DNA of 39,084 nucleotides from Burkholderiales bacterium (GTDB lineage Bacteria; Pseudomonadota; Gammaproteobacteria; Burkholderiales; DATLHW01): NCBI GenBank assembly GCA_035539675.1, contig DATLHW010000117.1, positions 1 to 39,084 of the forward strand, read 5' to 3'. Shown piece by piece: positions 33,385 to 39,084 of this stretch (position 1 is its first letter; each line of letters starts with the position of its first letter). The notes under the pieces were generated by a model. It saw only the letters and a program-made list of their open reading frames with translations, ran no database searches and was not told where the DNA came from. The position numbers and the translations under genes were made by a program.

Positions 33385-35679
33385 ATGACAACTAAATATC
33401 CTATGACATTAGACTTCTTTCGAAACCGGAGCCAGCGGCCCAAGACTGTGGCGAGAAGCGCAGTCGCACAAGAGCGTACGGCGAGCATCACCGCCTCAGC
33501 TTTCGGTCGCGCAGTAGGTTTCGAAAGAAGTCTGTTTTCCAAGACGCTTCTTCTGGTAGCCCTTGCATGGACGCTTCCTTCCCTGCCTGTGTTCCCCCAG
33601 GCCCAGCACGCTCAGGACACGCAAAGCAACGCCACAGACAAAGAAGGCGTGACTTTGAATTTCCAGAACGCCGACATTCAACAAGTGATCAAGACCGTGG
33701 GGATGATCACCGGCAAGAACTTTCTGATCGATCCGCGCGTCAGCGGCACGATCAACATCATTTCCAATGGTCCGGTTCCCAAGGATCTCGTCTACCCCAC
33801 CCTGCTCTCGGCGCTACGCGTGCAAGGTTTCGCCGCGGTGGAGCAACAGGGCTTGGTGAAGATCGTGCCGGAAGCCGACGCCAAATTGAATTCCACCATC
33901 ACCACCGATAAGCCGACCAGCGCGCGCGGTGATCGCATGATCACGCAGATCTACCAGCTCCAGCACGAAAACGCGGCGCAACTAATACCCGTGCTGCGGC
34001 CATTGATCAGCCCGAATAACGTCATCATGGCCTATCCGGGAAACAACACGCTGGTCATCGCCGATTACGCCGAGAACGTGCGGCGGATTATCAAGATCAT
34101 CCAATCGATCGACCAACCGCCTCAAGGCGATATTGCAACGATTCCGTTGCAATACGCGTCCGCCGTGGATGTGGCGCAGTTGCTGGGAAGGCTCATACCG
34201 GAGGCCGCACAACAAACAAACATACCCGGCTCATCGCCTAAAGTGACCATCACGGTCGATCCGCGCAGCAACACGCTGTACGTCCGGGCGGATAGCCCGT
34301 CCTACGCACAACGCGTCAAAGTGCTAGTTGCGGGAATGGATACGCCAGCGGCGGCGACCGGCAATATTCATGTGGTTTATCTGCGCAACGCTGAAGCAAC
34401 CAAGGTGGCGGAGACATTGCGTGCTCTGCTTGCCGGCGGACAGGCATCCTCCTCCATCGGCCCCACACCCACACAACAACCAACGCCGCAAAACGCGCCC
34501 GGCGGCTTACCCAGTGCGATTCAGCCAACGGCGGGAGGAAGCGGTGGAAGCAGCCAGCAGGCCACGCCGAGCACCATTCAAGCCTACGCGGCGACCAACT
34601 CTCTGATCATCACGGCGACGGATCATGTTTACCGATCGCTACGCTCAGTGATCGACAAACTCGACGCCCGCCGTTCGCAAGTATTTGTGGAGGCGCTCAT
34701 TGTCGAAGTAAGCAGCACGAAGGCGGCCGAGTTTGGCATTCAGTGGCAAGACCTTACCGGCATTAATGAGCCGGGAACAAACATCATCGGCGGGACCAAC
34801 TTCACTGCGGGACCCGGGGGATCAACCGGAACAAACATTATTACCGCCTCCGGGAATATCGCCGCGGTTAGCGCGGGGCTCAACGTTGGCGTGGTGAGAG
34901 GAACTATCACGATCAACGGCCAGCAGTTCCTGAATCTCGGTATGCTCGCCCGTGCGTTGGAGAACGACTCTGCCGCCAATATCCTGTCCACGCCGAACAT
35001 CCTGACCCTGGACAACGAGGAAGCAAAAATCATCGTCGGCCAGAACGTGCCTTTCGTCACCGGCAGCTTTACCCAAACCGGCACGACGACCAGTCCCACC
35101 AATCCATTTCAGACCATCGAACGCAAGGATGTCGGCCTGACCTTGAAGGTTAAACCTCAGGTGGCCGAGGGCGGTAGCGTGAAATTGCAGATATTCCAGG
35201 AAGTATCGAGCGTCACCAACGACGCCCGGCTTGTCGGATCGGCTGACGTCATCACCAACAAACGCTCCATCGAATCGACGGTGCTGGTGGATGACGGACA
35301 AATTATCGTCCTGGGCGGCTTGGTTCAGGATGATTCCCAGAGCAACAAAAGCGGCATCCCGATATTGAGCAAAATCCCCATTCTCGGCAATCTCTTCCGT
35401 TCGGAAACCCGCAATCGCACAAAAACGAATTTGATGGTGTTTCTCCGCCCCCTCGTGTTGCGCGACGACAAGGCCGGCATGCAAATCACCGAGGACCGTT
35501 ACGATTACATTCGCAATCAGCAGATCAAGGCGAAGCCCGGAGACCATTTGATTCTGCCGAATTTCGACGGTCCGCTATTGCCCCCGGTAGGCGATCAGGC
35601 GCAACCCAGCAATGGATACACTCCGCCTGCGGCGCCAACCGCGCCTGCGCCTGCGCCTGCGCCACAGGAACAACGATAG
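33385..35679 (+). CDS. gspD: Type II secretion system secretin GspD (5' end carries an in-frame MITE insertion)
   Basis: 764 aa. N0-N3 domains (VTLNFQNADIQQVIKTVGMITGKNFLIDPRV...), a Gly/Ser/Pro-rich linker, and the secretin core (VEALIVEVS..., VLVDDGQIIVLGGL..., IPILGNLF). Codons 10-50 are encoded by the repeat element. Confidence 0.9.
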   Translation: MTTKYPMTLDFFRNRSQRPKTVARSAVAQERTASITASAFGRAVGFERSLFSKTLLLVALAWTLPSLPVFPQAQHAQDTQSNATDKEGVTLNFQNADIQQVIKTVGMITGKNFLIDPRVSGTINIISNGPVPKDLVYPTLLSALRVQGFAAVEQQGLVKIVPEADAKLNSTITTDKPTSARGDRMITQIYQLQHENAAQLIPVLRPLISPNNVIMAYPGNNTLVIADYAENVRRIIKIIQSIDQPPQGDIATIPLQYASAVDVAQLLGRLIPEAAQQTNIPGSSPKVTITVDPRSNTLYVRADSPSYAQRVKVLVAGMDTPAAATGNIHVVYLRNAEATKVAETLRALLAGGQASSSIGPTPTQQPTPQNAPGGLPSAIQPTAGGSGGSSQQATPSTIQAYAATNSLIITATDHVYRSLRSVIDKLDARRSQVFVEALIVEVSSTKAAEFGIQWQDLTGINEPGTNIIGGTNFTAGPGGSTGTNIITASGNIAAVSAGLNVGVVRGTITINGQQFLNLGMLARALENDSAANILSTPNILTLDNEEAKIIVGQNVPFVTGSFTQTGTTTSPTNPFQTIERKDVGLTLKVKPQVAEGGSVKLQIFQEVSSVTNDARLVGSADVITNKRSIESTVLVDDGQIIVLGGLVQDDSQSNKSGIPILSKIPILGNLFRSETRNRTKTNLMVFLRPLVLRDDKAGMQITEDRYDYIRNQQIKAKPGDHLILPNFDGPLLPPVGDQAQPSNGYTPPAAPTAPAPAPAPQEQR
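33412..33532. mobile_element. MITE-like element, family A (copy A2), inserted in frame in gspD
   Basis: Same 17-bp termini as A1 ((A)GACTTCTTTCGAAACC and GGTTTCGAAAGAAGTC(T)). Flanked by TA (33410-33411) and TG (33533-33534). The element plus one dinucleotide is 123 bp, or 41 codons, with no stop codon. Confidence 0.7.
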
Positions 35680-35682
35680 ACC

Positions 35683-37218
35683 ATGAGCACGAGTCCGGAC
35701 CTATTGGCCCAATTTGCGACAGTCGATGTAGCAACACTCGCGCCGCCCGATCACGATACGGTGCGTCTGCTGCCCTACCACTTCGCCAAAAGCAAAGGCA
35801 TCGTCACTGTTCGCCCCGTCAACGGCGGGATCGAAGTCTGGCTCAAACCCGGCGTAACCGCCGCGACGCTCGCCGAAGTCAGACGAATCATTGGGCTGCC
35901 GCTACACCCCGTAATGCTGCAAGCCGCCACCTTCGACGCGTGCCTCGCGCAGGTCTACACCCGGGAAGACAACGCCGCCGAAAAACTGATCGGCGATATG
36001 GGCGATGCGGTGGACTTGGCGACGCTCGCGCAGGAGCTGCCGGAGATCACCGACCTCTTGGAGGCGGAAGACGATGCGCCGATCATCCGCCTCATCAACG
36101 CCCTGCTCACCCAAGCGTTGAAGGAAAAAGCGTCCGACATCCACATCGAAGTGTTCGAAACCCGGTCGCTCGTTCGCTTCCGCGTCGATGGCGCATTGCG
36201 TGATGTGATTCAACCGCCGCGCGCGCTGCACGCCGCGATTGTGTCGCGGGTAAAAGTGATGGCGAGCCTCGACATCGCCGAGAAGCGCCTGCCGCAGGAT
36301 GGACGCATAACTTTGCGCATCGCCGGTCGCCCGGTGGATGTGCGCGTCTCCACGCTTCCCACTGGTCACGGCGAACGCGTGGTGCTGCGTTTGTTGGATA
36401 AGCAAGCGGGCATTCTCGATCTCAATAACTTGGGCATGCCGGCGCAAACACGCGACAACCTGGACCAATTGATACACGAGCCGCACGGCATCGTGCTGGT
36501 GACAGGCCCGACCGGCTCCGGCAAGACCACGACGCTGTACGCCGCCCTCTCCCGACTCGACGCCGACACGCTCAACATGATGACCGTGGAAGATCCGATC
36601 GAATACGATCTCGACGGCATCGGGCAAACCCAGGTCAATCCACGCATTGAAATGACCTTCGGCCGCGCGCTTCGAGCCATCCTGCGTCAAGACCCAGACG
36701 TCGTGATGATCGGTGAAATCCGCGACTTGGAGACGGCGCAAATTGCGGTACAAGCGTCCCTCACGGGTCACTTGGTAATGGCGACCTTGCACACTAACGA
36801 TGCCGCAGGCGCGGTGACTCGGCTGACCGATATGGGTGTCGAACCGTTCCTGCTTGCATCCAGTCTGCTTGGCGTACTCGCTCAGCGTCTGGTGCGCAGA
36901 CTTTGTCCGGAATGCCGCAAGCCTTATACGCCCGACGCAACGGAGCGCGCCGTTCTAAGCGGCGCGGATGTGAAGCATGTCTACTCCGCTGTCGGTTGCC
37001 CCGTCTGTAACTGGACCGGCTATCGCGGTCGCTCGGGCATCTACGAATTGTTAACAGTGGACGACGAAGTGCGACGAATGATTCATGATGTTGAGTCCGA
37101 GCAGCGCGTTCGCGACTATGCGCGGAAAGCCGGCATGCGGACTTTGCGCGAAGATGCCGTGCGGTATGTGTGCAAAGGAGAAACGACGTTAGAGGAAGTG
37201 TTGCGAGTAACGCGATGA
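35683..37218 (+). CDS. gspE: Type II secretion ATPase GspE
   Basis: 511 aa. Walker A GPTGSGKTT, Asp/His boxes, a tetracysteine motif CPEC...CPVC, and a GspE N-terminal domain. Confidence 0.95.
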   Translation: MSTSPDLLAQFATVDVATLAPPDHDTVRLLPYHFAKSKGIVTVRPVNGGIEVWLKPGVTAATLAEVRRIIGLPLHPVMLQAATFDACLAQVYTREDNAAEKLIGDMGDAVDLATLAQELPEITDLLEAEDDAPIIRLINALLTQALKEKASDIHIEVFETRSLVRFRVDGALRDVIQPPRALHAAIVSRVKVMASLDIAEKRLPQDGRITLRIAGRPVDVRVSTLPTGHGERVVLRLLDKQAGILDLNNLGMPAQTRDNLDQLIHEPHGIVLVTGPTGSGKTTTLYAALSRLDADTLNMMTVEDPIEYDLDGIGQTQVNPRIEMTFGRALRAILRQDPDVVMIGEIRDLETAQIAVQASLTGHLVMATLHTNDAAGAVTRLTDMGVEPFLLASSLLGVLAQRLVRRLCPECRKPYTPDATERAVLSGADVKHVYSAVGCPVCNWTGYRGRSGIYELLTVDDEVRRMIHDVESEQRVRDYARKAGMRTLREDAVRYVCKGETTLEEVLRVTR

Positions 37219-37226
37219 TCCGGGTC

Positions 37227-37364
37227 GTAGGGCGGAAAAGCGATAGCGCCTTCCGCCGTATGGGATCTATGGTCAGTAGGACTTGTGAGCATAAGCCAAC
37301 TTTCCGAGATTGAAATGGCTTGATGCAACATACGGCGGAAGGCGCTATCGCTTTTCCGCCCTAC
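37227..37364. repeat. Palindromic element, family C: 36-bp perfect inverted repeat with a 66-nt spacer
   Basis: GTAGGGCGGAAAAGCGATAGCGCCTTCCGCCGTATG (37227-37262) and its exact reverse complement (37329-37364). Located in the 192-bp gspE-gspF spacer. The spacer contains GTAGGACTTGTG, which resembles the family B termini. Confidence 0.8.
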
Positions 37365-37410
37365 ATCATGGCGATCGATTTTCCCCCACCACATACTCAT
37401 TTACTACGTA

Positions 37411-38619
37411 ATGGCCGGATTCAAATACCAAGCCCTCGACAGCGAAGGCAAACTCAAAAAAGGCGTCATCGAATCCGATAGCGCCCGGCAAGTACGCGCC
37501 AATCTGCGCGAACAGGGGCTGGTCCCGGTTGAAGTCGATCAACTGACTCAAACGACGAAGGGCGGAAACAAGCGAGTACGCGGCCGCCTATCGATTTCGG
37601 AGCTATCGTTACTGACGCGCCAGCTCGCTACGTTGCTGGGCGCTGGACTCACCATCGAGCAAACGCTGAATGCGCTGATCGAACAGGCTGAGACGCATCA
37701 TCAACGTAACATTCTTGCCGGCGTGCGCGGCGAAGTATTAGCCGGCCAGCCGCTGGCCAGGGCGATGGGACACTATGCGAATGTGTTTCCCGATCTCTAT
37801 CGAACGCTGGTGGACGCCGGCGAGCAATCCGGTCAACTCGCGCCGGTATTGTTAAAACTCGCCGACTATACGGAAGAACGGCAAGCGTTGCGGCAAAAAG
37901 TCGGACTTGCTTTTGTCTACCCCGCAATTGTAACGATTGTCGCGCTCCTCGTGGTCACCGGCCTGCTCACCTATGTCGTCCCTCAGGTTGTGCAGGTATT
38001 CCAGCACACCACTCAAAAACTACCTTTGCTGACCGTGGCGTTGATGGCGCTATCCGGCTTTCTGCGCAACTACGGCGTCTATCTCCTCGGCGCGCTCAGC
38101 GTAGCGGGTTGGTTCGCTCACCGAGCGTTACAACAACCAGCCGTGCGCGAACGGTTTGACCGATTCCTACTCAAATTGCCCGTCGTCGGCAGACTGATTC
38201 GCGGCTTGAATACCGCCCGTCTATCCAGCACGTTGGCGATTCTGGTTGGTAGTCGAGTGCCGTTGCTGGCGTCATTAAAAGCGGGCGTCGGCGTGGTGAC
38301 CAATCTACCCATGAAACACGCGTTGGAAGAAACTCAGCGCATGGTGCGCGAAGGCTCTTCCCTATCGCGAGCGTTGGGTAGCCAAAAGATGTTTCCGCCG
38401 TTGATGGTGCACCTCATCGCAAGCGGCGAAGCAAGCGGCCGACTGCCGGACATGCTGGAGCGCGCGGCCAGCGCTCAAACCCGCGAAGTGGAAAACCGTG
38501 TTGCGACAATGGTCAGCCTGCTGGAGCCGATATTGATTTTGACCATGGGCGTGGTCGTATTGGTGATTGTCTTGGCGATACTGTTGCCAATCATGGAACT
38601 GAATACGCTGGTGAGGTAG
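37411..38619 (+). CDS. gspF: Type II secretion inner-membrane platform protein GspF
   Basis: 402 aa. Duplicated GspF/PilC domain architecture with three TM segments. Confidence 0.95.
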   Translation: MAGFKYQALDSEGKLKKGVIESDSARQVRANLREQGLVPVEVDQLTQTTKGGNKRVRGRLSISELSLLTRQLATLLGAGLTIEQTLNALIEQAETHHQRNILAGVRGEVLAGQPLARAMGHYANVFPDLYRTLVDAGEQSGQLAPVLLKLADYTEERQALRQKVGLAFVYPAIVTIVALLVVTGLLTYVVPQVVQVFQHTTQKLPLLTVALMALSGFLRNYGVYLLGALSVAGWFAHRALQQPAVRERFDRFLLKLPVVGRLIRGLNTARLSSTLAILVGSRVPLLASLKAGVGVVTNLPMKHALEETQRMVREGSSLSRALGSQKMFPPLMVHLIASGEASGRLPDMLERAASAQTREVENRVATMVSLLEPILILTMGVVVLVIVLAILLPIMELNTLVR

Positions 38620-38630
38620 TCAGAAACGTT

Positions 38631-38664
38631 CCCCGGATTACGGCTCACGCCTAATCCGGGCTAC
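38631..38664. repeat. REP-like hairpin just after gspF (possible terminator or mRNA-stabilising stem-loop)
   Basis: CCCGGATTA (38632-38640) pairs with TAATCCGGG (38652-38660), with an inner GGC/GCC extension. The minus strand reads GTAGCCCGGATTAGGCG. No T-run follows. Confidence 0.6.
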
Positions 38665-38708
38665 AAGCTTGGAATTTAGTTGGAAGCCGTATAGAAAGTA
38701 CAGTGTCT

Positions 38709-38766
38709 GTAGGAACGGGCCTTGCCCAAAATTGTTCCCAGGGGCAAGCTAATCACGGGCAAGGCC
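38709..38766. repeat. REP-like element with alternative pairings
   Basis: GTAGGAACGGGCCTTGCCC (38709-38727). The GGCCTTGCCC arm can pair with either GGGCAAG (38742-38748) or GGGCAAGGCC (38757-38766). Confidence 0.5.
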
Positions 38767-38839
38767 ACACTCTTGCAAAGAGGACGTCAAAAACTGCTAC
38801 GCGTCCCTCGCAGATCAAAATAAATGGGGCTCACAACAT

Positions 38840-39084
38840 ATGCCAAAAAAATTACCGGCATTCGTCGCCGGGGGCATCACTCTCATAATGATCGCGCTTG
38901 CCTCGACGGCCGTTCTCGCTGACGGCGTCAAGATGCCCAAGCGGTTAACGCCGCTGACCGAATACACCGACCGCATTATTGTTCGGCTCAAGGACGAGCC
39001 AGCGTCGAGTAAACGCCAAGCCATGTCCCAATCCAAGGCGCAAAGCTTGAGCGCGAAAGCCGGGGCTCACCTTCTCCCCGTCCG
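38840..39084 (+). CDS. Partial CDS: secreted protein with an N-terminal signal peptide (possibly a propeptide-bearing exoenzyme); 3' end off window
   Basis: Not in the ORF track because it has no stop in the window. Hand translation gives MPKKLPAFVAGGITLIMIALASTAVLADGVKMPKRLTPLTEYTDRIIVRLKDEPASS..., open to the window edge. The RBS is weak. The family guess rests only on the DRIIVRLKD-type motif common in protease propeptides. Confidence 0.45.
   Translation, partial: MPKKLPAFVAGGITLIMIALASTAVLADGVKMPKRLTPLTEYTDRIIVRLKDEPASSKRQAMSQSKAQSLSAKAGAHLLPV

Noticed and set aside
33385-33411. Re-annotating gspD to start downstream of the repeat element
   Set aside because: No ATG, GTG or TTG with an RBS exists between the element and the hydrophobic core of the signal peptide. 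The only in-frame alternative, a GTG, lies inside the element. I therefore kept the upstream ATG and flagged the insertion instead.
34822-36792. Long antisense ORFs inside gspD and gspE (34822-35547, 35902-36792 and smaller ones)
   Set aside because: They are GC-rich antisense frames with an Arg/Gly/His-rich composition, and they overlap strongly recognisable GspD/GspE coding sequence.

Overview
Chromosomal segment from a Gram-negative, proteobacterial-type genome. The supplied ORF track starts ORFs at TTG/GTG as well as ATG and omits ORFs that run off the window edges. I therefore trimmed several starts to ATG codons with a ribosome-binding site and added two edge CDSs by hand.

LEFT (1-4.4 kb): a partial CheY-like response regulator fused to a long Ala-rich repeat region, a LysR-family regulator with a divergent small gene, and a small membrane protein.

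CENTRE (4.4-24.9 kb, all on the minus strand): a soluble sensor kinase (HTH-less LacI-type ligand-binding domain + GAF + HisKA/HATPase) and an NtrC-type sigma-54 activator, followed by a 15.4-kb Trb/VirB-like type IV secretion locus. The locus follows Trb gene order: virB11-B2-B3-B4-B6-B6-B8-B9-B10-X-virD4-virB1-virB1.
- I find no VirB5/TrbJ, no VirB7/TrbH, no relaxase and no integrase.
- VirB6/TrbL and VirB1/TrbN are each duplicated.
- A leaderless protein with adhesin-type (YDG/MBG-like) repeats sits between virB10 and virD4.
- Both non-coding regions that precede T4SS transcription units carry near-consensus sigma-54 -24/-12 elements with upstream TTGCAAG-type palindromes.
- My main hypothesis is that the adjacent two-component pair plus sigma-54 controls this atypical T4SS.

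RIGHT (25.4-39.1 kb): a translationally coupled LLM-monooxygenase / MBOAT / membrane-anchored partner operon. Then a fused polytopic-membrane/spermidine-synthase-like gene whose start overlaps the end of fumarylacetoacetase, then gspD-gspE-gspF, and a partial secreted-protein gene.

Several families of TA-flanked palindromic MITE/REP-like elements fill the intergenic regions. One of them (123 bp including the TA) sits in frame inside the gspD signal-peptide coding region. No rRNA, tRNA or CRISPR arrays were recognised.
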